Assembly (NCBI GenBank): GCA_047495785.1 | Contig: JBLDXI010000007.1 | Coordinates: 2,232,001 to 2,296,000 of the forward strand | Origin: Lepidodermella squamata | Lineage: Eukaryota > Animalia > Gastrotricha | Length of the DNA stretch: 64,000 nt | Reading direction: 5' to 3' | Shown: piece by piece, positions 11,825-26,070 of the stretch | Layout of the letters: each line of letters starts with the position of its first letter | How positions within the stretch are numbered: position 1 is the first letter of the stretch | Notes under the pieces: model-generated | Told to the model about the DNA's origin: nothing | Database searches by the model: none | The model's input: only the letters and a program-made list of their open reading frames with translations | Made by a program: the position numbers and the translations under genes

Positions 11825-13618
11825 CTTAAAAGCAGAACTTTGCTCAACTCCAAGCCGCGGACTTGATCAACCTAATTTACTTTTGATGATAATGATTGAG
11901 AAACCTGCATTATAAATATACTATTTTGATCCCTTATCATTATTTTTGCTCAAAGGCTATTCCACTGTTTAGAAATCGGTAGGCCATATTGGTAAGCTTA
12001 AAGTGATTGATGCATGCGATTCTTTTTCTTCGTGGACTAAAAACTAAAACCATAAATAAATAAATACAAGGAGGTTGCGTACAACGTAGAAAAATGTCCA
12101 TTGAAAGATTTTTCTTTGTCGCTATCACATGCCGACCAGCGATTGAGACGATCATGCGCTTTGAGCGTGAAAATTCTTGTTATTTTTTCAACGCTTTAGA
12201 TTAGAGTCTTTTTCTGGGCTTCGAAAAAGTCCATAATCGGTCCATATTGCGATCTTTTCGGTCCCTAATTTCCACATTCAAATAATTATTCACTTTATGA
12301 AATTAAATAAAAAACAGCACAAATTTGTCTCATTTTTTAGATCCAGGAGAGTGACTGGCGAAATGTCTCTGACTGTAAAGTTAGTGGAATGATCAGTGGA
12401 ATTTCCTGAATTAATGATTTTCCCATATCAAAAACGAATTTTCCACGCAGCTGTTGTCAAGGTAACCCAACAAGCAACCCAATAAAATTAAGGGAAAAAA
12501 TCCGATGACCCAAAAAAAATGATAAGCAGTTTTATGATCACTGGTCAGGGGATTCTATATTACGCAAGAATGTTAATCGATTGAAAAATTACTGAAATCG
12601 ATTATGAAATATCCGATCCGCGTAAAATATTGATTATTTCCGAGCCATTCGCGGAGAAACCCGAAGACGACAGTTAAATCTTATAGGTATAATCAATAGA
12701 GTTTGATTTCAGCGGCCTGAATCGAGGAAAAATATATGATATAATATCCGCAAAATTCAAAAAATTCAAAGCTCGAATGAGTGGAACTCAAAATTATACA
12801 CATCTGATTTTTCGACACAACAAATTTTAGCGAAAAAATTGGCTCGCGTCACCATTCATTTTTTTCAAAAAAAGAAGGTGTTCCGAATTAATTGTAGCTA
12901 TTTGAAAAATTTTGTATTTGATTTTGTGTTGATTCATGAATTTCATTCATTCATTTCATCCATTTTGCGGATGAAGAATCTAATCAAATTATTCATCTTT
13001 TGTTATCGCGATATTTTCATGATCAGGCTGGATACTAGAAAGCCTTATATTTTACCGCTACATTTTCAACAAATTCATGAGACACCCCAAGAATAATTGA
13101 GACCCATTTACTACATTTTTCGCTGGTGGCACTTTTTCTACGTTTTCGTTATCTTTCGCTTCTGTCTTGTTTTAATCCTATATTAAACCGTATCTTTCAA
13201 GGCCTCGAATCCAGTCCCCATAAATTGACTTGGTACCTAAATATTCCAACTAAAGCCTTGAAGAGGGCGATAACACATGATGCCATTAGGCACTGTTAGC
13301 CGAGCAAATAGGCCGGGCCTCGGAGGCGATCGTCGACGCGGCTTATCGCGGAATGGTGCGCCCGGTCGAGTTGCCGTAATTGCCGCCGCAAATGAAATTC
13401 ATTTGAACCTGGGTGGCCACACAGGATTAAGCCCCTTCAGCAGCCGTATCAACACGGCTATGGCCCACCCAGCAGCGAAATATCTGCGCCACTTGAATGT
13501 TGGCACAACCTGGTGATAAAATTTTCCTGCCCCTGTCAAGTTTGTTTGTTTACACTAGGCTCGCTGCTCTCACACAAACACACACACACAGTGCCTGGTA
13601 ATAGCAAGCGCGCATCCT

Positions 13619-13653
13619 ATTGGCCGGCGGCTTATCAGCGCTAAGCTCCGCCC
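13619..13653. promoter_or_regulatory. Candidate proximal promoter of fringe (reverse CCAAT box and GC box)
   Basis: ATTGG at 13619-13623 and CCGCCC at 13648-13653, ~150-185 bp upstream of the ATG in a locally GC-rich stretch. Motif match only. Confidence 0.3.
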
Positions 13654-13802
13654 ACGCACTCGCAAAGACGCGCATATCACGTTAACTCAAGTTATCACTG
13701 TTTTTACAGCGAGCCATTATTAACAACTACCTGAAATTATCTTATTATTCAACGCCGTGAGGCATTTTGTTAACGCCGCTTGTTTTTCCTACCTCGACCG
13801 CA

Positions 13803-16582
13803 ATGGCCGCAAGTGACAAATTTACGACAACAGCTACTGAAAAAACCGACTACGTTATCAGCATGCCAGCGGAAATTTTCACCGGATCGACAATTTTGTT
13901 AATCAACAACGAAAAGCCAGCATCGACGCGGTCCGTTCGCTTTTGGTGCGCGAGATTTCTAGCAATTTTTTGCGCAGTTGCACTCATCCAACTCGCCGTT
14001 GTTTTATTGCTCGTTCCGACTATGAAAAATTTCGTTATGGCGAGCTACGACGCACTGTGGCCGCACGAACAAACGCAGCTGAGCGACTTATTTCTCGCGG
14101 TAAAATCAACGAAAAAATTTCACCAATCTCGTTTGGAATTACTCATGGACACATGGATTGAACAAGCCAAAGACCAGGTAAATATTATTTTAAAAAATTG
14201 AATTTTTGTTATGAAAAATTCCTCCTTAATAATTTAATATGAATTTTTCTTTTTTTCTTTTAGACACACATTTTTACGGATGCCGATGATGAATCAATCA
14301 GGAACCGCCTGCAATCACGAGGTGAGGACCAATAAAATTTAATCTTTAGCTGTTACATAGTTATTAACGCGCGTTTGTTGACGCACTTGAAACTGTTTGC
14401 ATTCCCATGCTCGCGCACTAGCGGGGTTGCGGAACCCGGCTCGCTCGGCGGCCTCGGCAAATACCCGTTCCCACCGGTGCATGTGTACTCTTCGTGCCAA
14501 ATTTATTTATTTATACTTCTCAGATCTTGGGAACTATTTCTTCGTTCCCAGGCTGTTGAAGAGGCCCCATTACGAGGCAATGATGTTATCAACACCCTGT
14601 TGTAATATTAGGCAGGTCACCAGCAGAGATTGCGCCCGAGATATATAGAAAAAGGACATGCAATAATGGGCGCGCTGGCTCGTTGTGTAACCACCTGTAG
14701 AGAACACCACCTTATCGGCACGTTACAACTAGCCCATCTTCACACTTCAACTGCCTTCTCAATAAGACTCGAACCCTGAAAAATATAGAGAGCTGTTGGC
14801 ACGAGTGATGAGTTACGATGAGAACAAGTGCGACACCTCTCACGCAAGGCTGGCTCAGGTGACAGGGCAGCTTTCCACACAATAAAACACGTCGAGCGAT
14901 TGTTGCTATAAATCCGCTCTCATTCCCACACTCGCGCGCGCGAATTTTATTACCGTGAATAATTAATTATTATTATTATTTCGGTGAAATTGAGAAGCGC
15001 GCGGGATTAAGATCATCACCCGGGTGATGTCACCCGAGCGGCATGATGAATGACCCGCGTGTAATTAAAAACCGGGTTCATGCCGGCCACGATATGCGAC
15101 ACTATCGAGTGCCGCTCATCAAGAAGTAGGTCAGCCATTTTCTGCCTCAAAATTGAAAAATTTATTTCGTGAAAAATTAAAATTACTGAAAATAATTAAA
15201 TGATCAAGTTGGAATAAGCATTAATTTGGTTAAATAAAAAATTACGACACTAAATTTTTCTTTAGTAATTATGTGAAAAATTTAAAAAATTGAAAAAATC
15301 TAAAACAATTGTGAATTAAATTCGGAATAATTTTTTCCTTGCTCACATTTGGATTATTAAATTTATTGAATTTATTGAATTTATTTATTCATTAATTTGA
15401 ATTGGTTTTATCGGAAAAAATTGAGATTTTTCTGGTCAAATTTTTGAATTTTCAAATTGTTTTTTCGCGCTAAATTTTTTTCTGCTCTCATTTTTCGTTG
15501 TGAGTTTTGGTCACCCTGTAGTCACCCGAGAGGTGATGATGATTAGCCCGGGTGCAATAAAATCTGCGGTCATCATGAGCCATCATCATCATCTGCGTAC
15601 ATATCGTGTTTCGCATCATCGCCAGAGTGACAGAGTGCGCTTTCGTTATTATTAGAAAGGTCGTGTCACTTTCAGCCGCGCGCCGCTTTTTCATATGCGC
15701 CGTGAAGATGCTATCCAGGGGTGCCCGAAGAAGGAACCCGCTCACGGTCGAGGACCCGTGAGACGCGCGACGCTCAAAGACCGCGCGCGGCGTCTTGTAA
15801 GATAATCCTGTTGTGTATTAGGTATGGCGTAAACCTCTCGAGGTATGCCAAACAATAATAATATAACTTACCTATATTACAACGCAATTTAATCTCATGT
15901 TTGTTTTATTGCAATAATAGATGGCGCCTTTGTTGTTACCGACTGTGCCGCCGAACACACCCGATCGGCGCTGGCCTGCAAAATGGCGCGGGAACTCACG
16001 GCCTTCTACGCCGCTGCGACATCAGCCAGATGGTTCTGCCATTTCGATGACGATACCTACGTCAATGTCCCAAAGCTTGTTCAACTCATGCGTGGCTACA
16101 ACCACAAATCTGAGATTTACATCGGCCGGCCGTCGCTCGATAAACCGATGCGGCTGCCTAGCGGTGAATCATTCAATTTCGCAACAGGCGGCGCCGGTTT
16201 TTGCCTCAGCGCCGCGTTAATGGCGAAAATTGAGCCGCTAATTATCGACGGCGGGTTCGAGCGAATTTCGGCGAAAATTCGCCTCCCGGACGATTGTACT
16301 GTTGGGTATTTGATCGAAGCTATCGTTGGCCGCAAGATGACAGTTGTAGACACCCTGCATTCTCATCTTGAATTTTTGCCCGTTGCGGTTGATGAAGCGA
16401 ATCTAGCCGTTCAAGTTACGTTTTCCTATTCGAAACTCGTCGACCGCGCCGATTCAGACGCGCCGTTGCAGGTGTTTGACAATGTGATTAATGTCGCGAA
16501 ACATCCGAAATTCAACGATGATGCGACGCGGCTGCTATCAGCCCATTGCTATCTCTTTCCTGCATCGAATATTTGCGTTTGA
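13803..16582 (+). CDS. fng: Fringe (O-fucosylpeptide beta-1,3-N-acetylglucosaminyltransferase), 3 exons
   Basis: Type II membrane anchor. Fringe motifs DLFLAVKSTKKFHQSRLELLMDTW | THIFTDADD | VVTDCAAEHTRSALACKM...WFCHFDDDTYVN...FATGGAGFCLS...IRLPDDCTVGY...HSHLE...SAHCYLFP. Exons ~13803-14176, 14264-14321 and 15921-16582. Confidence 0.92.
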
Positions 16583-17520
16583 TAAATTGTAAAAATTGTC
16601 GTAGAAATTACGTCTTTCTATTTTTACTTATTATGTGTTTGTTAAAAAGTTGCTTGTTATGACCGAAGAATGCCTACAACGAATTTATTGTTAATTGCGA
16701 AATTTGACTGTTCGAAAAATTGTTCGAAATGAAAAAGAAATAAAATCTTTAAATTATTCAATAATTTTTTTGTCGACCGAGGTGAACTCGTAAATTATTC
16801 GTGGCAGATGCATGGCTGAAAATGAGAAATTATTGCAGTGTGGAATTAAATAGGAATCGGTGCTGACTGCTATAGGAGGTGACATCAAGACAGAAATATA
16901 TTGCCGCAAGTTTTAAATTTTAATTGGCTGACAACTCAGAAATAAATCGCCGGCCATTATTTTGTCCCCTGTCGCGTTTTTAATTTGGATAAGGCGGCAA
17001 GTATACACTCGAGTCCTAATTCTGAATTTAAAACATTTGAGAGATAGGAAAGAGTGAAAAGAATCACGGTTATACTGCCCGATATCTATGACAATTTTTG
17101 TTGTAAAAAATTGAACGGTAAATGATTCTTTTTTATAAATTTACCTACTCCAATATCTATATTATCCTATATATCTATACCTACTCCAATTTTTCATTTT
17201 TTGCATCATTCTTGATTGCGACCATAGTCCAAAAAATTCGACAGCAAGATGAAAAGGGTCTTGCTGTTAGCGGGACTAAAATAACATGTCGTGGAACCAA
17301 ATTTCGAATTAATTTTCCCAAATCTGAATTTTTTCTGGAATTTCACGTTTTTAATTAATAAATTGAAGTATTACGCTAAAATTCTCCGTGATTTTTTGCG
17401 CAAGGCCTGATCCTCAACTTCCAAACGCGTCGTAGCCAAGATCTAAATGGCACCTTTTATACGCTTGCCATTTGGTTTCGCTGCAGGCGATCTGGTTCCG
17501 CTAAAAGATTCTGATGAAAA

Positions 17521-17848
17521 TATTTAGTAGCGTTTTATTGAATTCCGCGGAATTACGGATTAAGGAAACCCGCATCACTCAGCGCGACCGTTATATTAAA
17601 AAAATGTAGCATTTCATGAGGGCCCAGGTACCATATAATGCAACCCCTTGGACCCATCGAAAGTGGGGGATTAGGGCGAAGACAAGGTCCGCAATCGAAT
17701 TCGCAATTGAATGTGCTGACGGGTTTCCGGATCAATCTCGATGTCGAATAAATGTTGTTTTTTAGGCCAATTTTTTCCCAGGAAATTCCACAATACGCTA
17801 TACCGTGAGTCCATATTACGCAGAATTCAATAAAACGCTACGAAAAAT
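17521..17848. repeat. Small inverted-repeat (MITE-like) element
   Basis: GTAGCGTTTTATTGAATTCCGCGGAAT (~17527-17553) pairs with ATTACGCAGAATTCAATAAAACGCTAC (~17815-17841). No clear TSD. Confidence 0.5.
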
Positions 17849-18857
17849 ATAACAGAGAAGCCATAGATAGAGGTAAAAATAAACTCCTATATCCTTTTAC
17901 TATACCCCTTTACTTTTACTGAGAAGGGTAAAGGCTGGATGGTTTTGATCCTCGCGATCTCGAAAACAAGAGTTGAGCATCCTGATTTTTCTATAATATT
18001 TAAGATTTTTACTTGAAGCAGAGACTTTTGGCGTGCAAAGATAATGTCTCTACAATAAAAGGTTGTAGTATTTTTCATTATTTTCAATCAATTACATTGC
18101 TCGCTGGAAACAACATTTTTCTCTTATTTAACCGTTTATCCAGGTTTTTTCATGACGTTTTTAAGGTTTTTTCGGGTTTTTTCTAGGCTTGGTTCAAAGG
18201 TCATCCTGGCCACAATTTTGCCCTGAAAACTGCAGGTGCGCTTCGCCTTTCCAAGTGGCCATTTTTTTCATCGGGCATCATCTGGGCGAGAATCTACCGA
18301 AAACCTACAATGCGCGATCAGCCGCAAGTATAGCCATCATCATGCGAAAAACAAACGCAAGTAGGCTTGGCCTTTGACAACACTGCGCTGCCCAGCAGTT
18401 GTTGCGTGCTCGCCGATAATAATAATGGACGCCTGAGCCGCAGAAAAGCGGCAAATTGTTATTATTTTTCGGTCAAAAAGAATGGCCGATAACAGCGCGT
18501 GAATATAGAGGTGAATCACGAAATAACGTAATAATAATAATAATGCGCAGAACAATAAAAGAAGACACGACGACGTCAAGATTGCTGGGCGTTTCTGTTG
18601 ATCCTCGCACAAATTTTTACTCATGTTATTAAAACATGCGCGACAAATAGCGTGAATACACGTATTTTTCTAAAATATTACCTCGCAAAAACTAATAATT
18701 ACGCAGAGAATTTTCTAGACGCAAAATGGCCCTTCATGGCAGACATCGGTTTAAAAGCAATAAAAGCCATTTTTCGACCAATTCCCATCCAATTTCTAAT
18801 ATTTTTTAATAATTTTTTAAAATTTCATTATTTTTTCGAATTTCAGCTGATTGAAAA

Positions 18858-20477
18858 ATGTCGTTAAAATTCTTTGTGATTTTGGGAGTAATTTTGGGCG
18901 GCGCATCGTCCCAAAACACTCCGATTCAAGATGCTATGTTTCCATCTGCCGTGAATCAAAATTCTGGAATTCCGAATGTCCCTCGCAGTGATCTTTACTA
19001 CGAGGTCCCACCCGCCCCAGGCTCTGCAAGACAAGCGGTGCCCAACTCGAATAATGTCCCTCGGGTTCAGTCGCCACCTCTGTTCCCAGCTTCCGGCCAG
19101 CCTTTCCCAAGCAGTAGTAGCGGGGCGAATGAACCGCCTATGTCTCAGGGTGGCCGGCCGAGTCCGAATTTCGGCCCGAGTATTTTCGACTCGAATGGCG
19201 CTATTGGGTCCGTTTCGGCATCGGGCGACCCTAGCGCCGCTCCGAGCCCCGAGGTGCTTCGAGGACTGGCGAGGCTGAAGCCGAACAACGTCATCAACTT
19301 CCAAACACCAACTGGAGGCAAAGGTAAAAAAAAATCGGAAACAATTCCCAAAAAATATTGATAGTTTTTTCCAGGAGTTATGCAAATTTATACCGTTGAC
19401 ACGTTACCTGATGGAACTATGGTAAATTAATTTTTAATAATTAATTTTAATTAATTTGTTGACTTTCCAGCGTCAAGTCGATACTAATGGAGAAATAACC
19501 CCGGCTGCAAAACGTCTGATTGGCGAAACGTAATTTTTTGTATTTTTTTGAATTTAAAATTATTTAATTTTTTCATCAGATTGGTAAAGCTGCAGGATAT
19601 GCAGAGAAAACGTGAGCAGCAGGAACGGGAAAAGGAGCGACAGGAGGAATTGAAGCGCCGCCAACAGGAGGAGAACGCAACTCGGGCCCAGCAACAGGCT
19701 CAGCAACAGGCCCAGCAACCGGCCCAAAGTGGCAACAGCTCTGGATCCCCTGCGCCCGGCTACCCGTCATCCGGGTCACCCACAGACCAGTCACCCCTCG
19801 CGTTTTCAAACGGAGCCGCCCCAGCCCAACAGCAACAACAGCAGCAACAACCCTCGGGCTATCCGAACTATTACTACCCGCAGGGTGGCCAAGGCGGGCA
19901 GCCGTACGGCCAGGGTGACTACAACGCAGGTAACTCGCCGACGCAAGCTACCAATGGCTACAACCAGCCTGGCTACCCGCAGTACCAGTCCGGGCCGGCT
20001 CCAACTCAAGGCAGACCAGCCGACTACTACGACCCGGGCACCCAGGGCGCTAATTACTACCCGACCCAGTCGCCCAATAGAGGCCTACAACAACAGCCTA
20101 ACTACGACTACAGCAACCAGCAGCAACAGCAACCAGCAAATTTCGGCCTGAATAGATTTGGCTCGGTGCCAAGTAACCAGGGCCTAGTCCTACAACCTGT
20201 CTCACAACAGCAGCAACAACAACCTGCCTTTTCGAACAGCCCGTCATTAGCGTTCCTACAACCGCCGAGTGGCGCGGGGGCATCGTTCAACGGCGGGTAT
20301 CAGCCAACCGTGACGAGTTTGAACAGCAACAATTACAACAACCAGCCGCAGTCGCAGGATGGCTCGATACAGTGGGGTCCACCGGCTTCGCAACTCGGTG
20401 GGCAGCAGTACTTTAGCGGGCGGGCCGATGACGCGCCTAACCGCTACATCTACGCCAACCCTGTCGGTTACCAGTGA
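18858..20477 (+). CDS. Secreted low-complexity P/S/Q/Y/G-rich protein A with central charged helix (4 exons)
   Basis: Signal peptide MSLKFFVILGVILGGASS. Three short GT-AG introns join in frame (GGK|GVMQIYTVDTLPDGTM|RQVDTNGEITPAAKRLIGET|LVKLQDMQRKREQQEREKERQEE). Q/Y/P/G-rich C-terminus. Confidence 0.8.
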
Positions 20478-21332
20478 TGAACAACTTGAGGCCGAAAAAA
20501 ACTGCGGAAAAAAATAAAATAAAAAATTTACACCACTAATTTCTGCGTGAAATTTTAATAAAATAATTTGCACTAAAAGTCATTTTTTTTTGCTGTCTTT
20601 AGAATTTTTATGATAATATCTGATGATACGGAAAATTGGGTTAATTTTTTCCATCGACATGGAACGTGGGTGAGTTTTTGATGTCAATTTTTTCGAGCAC
20701 GTCTAATCACCAGGTGTAGTTCTTTTTTTTCTCACCTCTATAAACTTGCCCACTGTCGTAGCGCCTCGGGTAATAATAAATTGCCAAGCATGGTGATGAT
20801 TACTTGGCTTTTTTTGCAGTTAATTTAACGTTGTTTCAGGCACGCTCGAGCAGTCTATAATAGCGGCGCCGTGTTGGCAACGAGTCGCCGCGGCGACAAA
20901 ACAAGCGGTGGCCGGCTGGTAGTGGGTAGCTTAACCAGCGACCACCGGCCGGCCATTATCATAGCGGCCATTATTTTCGCGCGCAAATTTTTTCGTAACT
21001 TTTTTTGCGCCGCGTTCGCGCGCGCGCGCACACATGATTCCTGGTCGTCGTTCTTGTCTTACTAAGTTGGGGCTTCTTCTATCTAGCAATCTACCTCTTT
21101 CTCACTCGACCATTTTATAATTGCCGCAGTTTATGAAAAAAAGCCATTTAACAACATAAGAGGTCCTCATTATGCGCGAAAACATGTTTTCTATAGGCGA
21201 AAAACGATGATGGCGATGAGTGATTAGGATAGAATTCCACAGCATTTTGAGACTACTCTGCTTGCGACTCAAACTCTCACACTCTGTTTTTCTCTTTTTA
21301 TTCTGCCTCATTTTTAAACGTAAATTAGTCAC

Positions 21333-22576
21333 ATGGCGTCTATTAAGTTGGCAATCTGTGTTGCATTGGTCGCAACGGCCTGCAACGCCCAGTTCTTCGG
21401 CGGTGGTGGCGGTGGTGGCCAAGGGCCTCTTGCCTTCCAGGGAGGTGACGGAGGCCAAGGTGGCTTCCAGGGACCTGATCAAGGTGGTTTTGCTGGACCC
21501 GATCAAGGTGGTCAAGGTTTCGGTGGTCAGGGTAACTTCGGAGGCCAGGGCGGTTTCGGAGGGGGACAACAAGCGCCTGCTCCGGCCCCAGCTCCGGCCC
21601 GCAGCGGCTCAGGCCGTCTCTCGCCAAGCCTTGCTCGCCTCATGAACAGCCTCCAGCCTGGTCTTGGCGATAAAATGGCCCAGCAGATGGAGGAACAAGC
21701 CCGTCAGAAGGAGCTCGACCAGCAGCGCCGTGCTCAGGAGGAGGAGCGCAAACGCCAGGAGGCCGAACGCGCTGCGGAAGCTGAGCGTCAAAAGGTAGGG
21801 TGACTCATTGAATTACTCTCAAAAACTCCTCCTTAACAATTTTTTAGAAAGCGCAAGAGGAGCAGCAGAGGCAACTCCTTGCGGCCGCACTTCTGGCTCA
21901 ACAACAGCAGCAACAGAGACAGCAACAGCAGGCCCCTGTCCAGCAGCAGGTTGTCCAACAGGCTCCCGTTCAGCAGCAGCAACCCCAGCAGCAGGGCTGG
22001 AACTCGCCATGGTCTGCTAACCTCGTCCCATCGCTGATGTACCTCCAGCCAGGAGCTGCCGCTCTCCCCGTTGACCAAATCGCCGCTCAGCAGCAGCAGC
22101 AACAGCCTGTTGTCCAACAGCCTGTTCAGCAGCAATTCGTCCAACAGCCCGTCCAACAGCAGGTCGTTCAACAGCCTGTTCAGCAGCAGTTTGTTCAGCG
22201 CCCAGCCGCCACAGCTCCTCAGTACACTCAGGGCCAACTTGCCTTCCTTACGCCCAACTACAACCTGAACGGAGTTAACCAAGATGATTTGACTCTTGCC
22301 AATCCAAACGCCGGAGCTCAGCAACCGGTACAGCAGCAACTTATCGCCCAGCAGCAGATCCCTGTTCAGCAGGTTCCTCAGCAACAGGCCCCCCTTCAGC
22401 AACAGCAGCAACTTACCCCTCAACAACAGCAGCAATTAGCCCAACAGCAACTGTTGGCCCAACAGAATGGCTACGACCCATACCAGGGTTATCCTCAGGG
22501 TTACCCTCAGGGATACGCTCAGGCTTATCCTCAGGGTTATCCCCAAGGTTACCCGCAGAATTACCAGGGATGGTAA
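21333..22576 (+). CDS. Secreted low-complexity protein B (GGF block - charged helix - Q/P/V block - GYPQ tail), 2 exons
   Basis: Signal peptide MASIKLAICVALVATACNA. Intron 21795-21847 keeps frame with ORF 22037-22576. Paralogous to the gene at 23250. Confidence 0.88.
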
Positions 22577-23249
22577 TTTTGTAGCACTGACCTCATTAGT
22601 TTAGATAAATGGAGAAAGGGCGAAAAACTCCTAATCAGCCGGCTGATTTGCACGTTACTTCTTCTTTCCGGTGCTCGAATCATCCCGGTTGCAGCTGATT
22701 TGTTTCTTTCTCTCTTCAATTTTTTTCAAGTGATTTAAAACTTCAGAGGCTTTATTTTTAGGAGTTATCCGCACTTTTTTCACTTTGTTCCATTCACACG
22801 CTTAACTGTTGCGTTGTTGCGCTTGAGCACGGGTGCGTTAAATTCCTGGCATGTAATTCTTTTTCTAATGCATGGTGATTCTACTAACTTTTTGACGTAC
22901 CGCATCTTGGAAGAAGATGAAAAAACGTTGGCAATAAAGAAGATTGATTTCACGAAAGCATGATACACTGAACACACGGTTTTGGATCTATTGCACTCTA
23001 TCATAAACTCTATCATAGCATTACACAACGGAATTTTTCCCACGAGTCATTTGGTGGCGGCTGATTTTTACAATATCATACAATATCCAATTCAATATCC
23101 ATGTCCATTTTGTGAATGAGTGCAGAAAGAGTCATTACAGTCCAACTATGCATTTACTGATTTTCCAGCCCCGGATTGTTTCTCTTTTTTTAGTAGCATC
23201 CATTTTAACCCGTTCTTTTTCGCATGTTAGGATTTAGTAAAATAGAGTT

Positions 23250-24945
23250 ATGGCGGCTTTCAAGGTGGTTATTTGCGTTGCGCTGATCTCAGCATCCTGC
23301 AAGGCACAATTCTTCGGAGGGGGCGACGAAGGCGCCGGAGGGTTTGGTGGGGGTGGAGGTGGACCAGGGGGTTTCGGTGGCGGTGGTGAAGGTGGATTTG
23401 GAGGCCCAGGAGGGTTCGGAGGAGCCCCTGATGGCGGCCAGGGTGGCTTTGGTGGTCCTGGAGGCCAGGGGGGCTTTGGTGGTCCGGGGGGCTTCGGCGG
23501 CCCAGGCGGACCCGAGGGTGGCCAGGGATTCGGAGGACAGGGTGGCTTCGGCGGCCCCCAAGGATTCGGAGGCGGCGGCGGCGGAGGTGGCCAGCAGCAG
23601 GCTCCTCCTCCCCGTCCTAGCGGTGGTGGTTCTGGACGCCTTTCGCCTAGTCTCGCCCGGCTCATGAACAGCCTTCAGCCTGGTCTTGGCGATAAAATGG
23701 CCCAGCAGATGGAGGAACAAGCCCGCCAGAAACAACAGGCTGCAGAGCGCAGGGCTCAAGAGGAAGAAAGGAAACGCGTTGAGGCTGAGCGTGCGGCGGA
23801 AGCCGAACGCCAAAAGGTTAGAGGATTTATTTCACACTTTGCAAGGCATTCTATTTAACCGTATTTAGAAAGCGCAAGAGGAGCAGCAGAGGCAACTCCT
23901 GTTAGCTGCTCTTCAAGCCCAGCAGCAGCAAAGGCAACAACAGCAGCAACAGCAACAGGCCCCAGCCCAACCGCCGGTCCAGCAACAGGTTGTTCAACAA
24001 CAACAACAGCCCATTCAGCAGCAAGCAGCGCCTCCACAGCAGCAGCAACAACAACAACAACAGCCGCAAGGATTCACTCCATGGGCCGCTCGACTGGTTC
24101 CATCTTTGATGTACCTGCAACCAGGCGCTCAGGCGCTTCCGGTCGAACAAATCGCAGCTCAGCAGGCCCAACAGCCGCAGCAGCAGCAACAACAACAGCA
24201 GCCGGTATTCCAGCAGCAACAGCCGGTATTCCAACAGCAGCAGCAGCCCCTCCAGCAACAATTCGCTCAACAGCCAGTCCAACAGTTCGCTCAGCAACCA
24301 GTTGCTCAACAATTCGCTCAACAACCAATCGATCAACAATTCGCTCAACAGCAACAACAACAACCTCTTCAGCAGTTTGCTCAACAACAAGTTCCGCAAC
24401 AATTCGTCCAACAGCCTGTTCAGCAGCAGGTCTTGCAGCAACAGCCTATTCAACAGCAAGTAGTCCAACAGCAACAGGCCCCGTTGGCGTCACAGCCGCA
24501 AGTTGCGCAACCACCTGTTGCATTCTTAGCGCCCAATTATCAGCTCACTGGAGAGAACCACGACGACTTGACCCTCGCCAATCCTAACAGCGTGTTCCCC
24601 GGCGCCCCTCAACCAATCATCGCGCCGCAGCCCCAGCAACAAGTTCAGGCTCAAGCTCAGCCGCAACAGCCGCAACAGCAACAGGCCTTAGTAGCCCCGC
24701 AACAGCCGCAAGGTCTCACTCAGGATCAATTTGCTCAAAGACAACTTGCTCAGCAGCAACTAGCGGCTCAACAGAACCCAGGTTACGACCCGTACCAGGG
24801 CTACCCTCAGGGCTATCCTCAGGCGGGATACCCTGACCAAGGCTATCCTCAGGCTGGATATCCGCAAGGCAATTATCCGAGCCAGGCCGGATACCCGAAT
24901 CAAGGTGGCTACCCGTACCAAGGAATTCCTCAATACCCATATTAA
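23250..24945 (+). CDS. Secreted low-complexity protein C, paralogue of B, 2 exons
   Basis: Signal peptide [19 protein letters not shown]. Intron 23817-23868 at the same position as in B. Identical 34-aa core [34 protein letters not shown]. Confidence 0.88.
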
Positions 24946-26070
24946 TCCTGCTCGTCTCGGTTTATTCGCTGATAACCTTTTTATTCTCGTCCTGCGTGTT
25001 TATATTATTGTAAATTTAAAAACATATTAATTAAGTAGGAAGAAAGCATTTAACTTATCAAACGTATCTTGGATGCTAATTGTAATGCAGTGCTGTTTAT
25101 TATTTATTTATGTGGTGTTATTTGAACAACAAAATATGTCGCCTTTAGCCGCCCATCTCAAAAGAGATGGTAAAATTTTGCATATGAAAAATGACTGATT
25201 TCGACCGAAAACACATCAATCGAAGTATAATATTATTTATTTTCGATGAGAAAACCTGATCATTGTTCATTTCAATGTTGTTTCGCCTGAAAAGCCGGAC
25301 TTCTGAAAGAAATAAATTATTTTCAGTGAATAACTTCGAGTTTTGTTTGTTGTTGGAAAACAATAAGGAACACAATTGCGTAGGTGACTACGTCGAGCAG
25401 AAAGATCCAGAAAGATTAAGAAAAAGGATGAGCACGACAACAATTGGCCGCGAAAATGATGACCGGCCTTTTCACGCCTTTTCTCCTTATCAAGATTTTC
25501 TTGTTATACATGAGATGGCCCCTCGTTGCTTACGCCGTGGTCGGCATGTTCACTTGAAATTAAACTCGAGGCATGTTTAACAAAAAGTGCGCGTTAAGCT
25601 GGAGATGAGCTACACGCATGTGCAAAGCACTTTGCCATTACCCAATATTACTTTAACAACCTGTTATGCTAATAAGTTGATGTCTAAATCAAGAATTTTA
25701 CAATTATTACGTGCCTACTGCAATTTTTGTGGTTCCTGCTAAAAACTGGCATCGCCTATTCTTTGTTTTTAACAAAAACACGCGCACAGCTGAATGCTGA
25801 ATGTTCTTTAGTCAGCTCTTGGAAACAATTGATAGTAGTTATTTACCATGCTCGAGAAACCACTTATGCATAGCTAATTTCAGTATAAGCTACGTTATCG
25901 GGACAACAAACAATTTATCAAAAAGAGAGCATTGTTTTGCGTGCTTTAGCGAGGAAACGTGCGTTTTGTTTTGTGTGCCTTGTTGCGTCTTCATGAAACG
26001 CTCTATTGTTGTCTATTTTTCCGTCAATAGACTCTTAAAAATTGGCTGACTAACTGATTTCAAGTGCAAC

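Noticed and set aside
14415-14500. GC-rich hairpin next to CTAG (Helitron 3' end or HDV-like ribozyme?)
   Set aside because: Hairpin-to-CTAG spacing is atypical, no 5' end was found, and I could not build the nested double pseudoknot.
20908-20955. Imperfect GC-rich palindrome upstream of protein B
   Set aside because: Short, single-copy in the window, and no evidence distinguishes it from chance.
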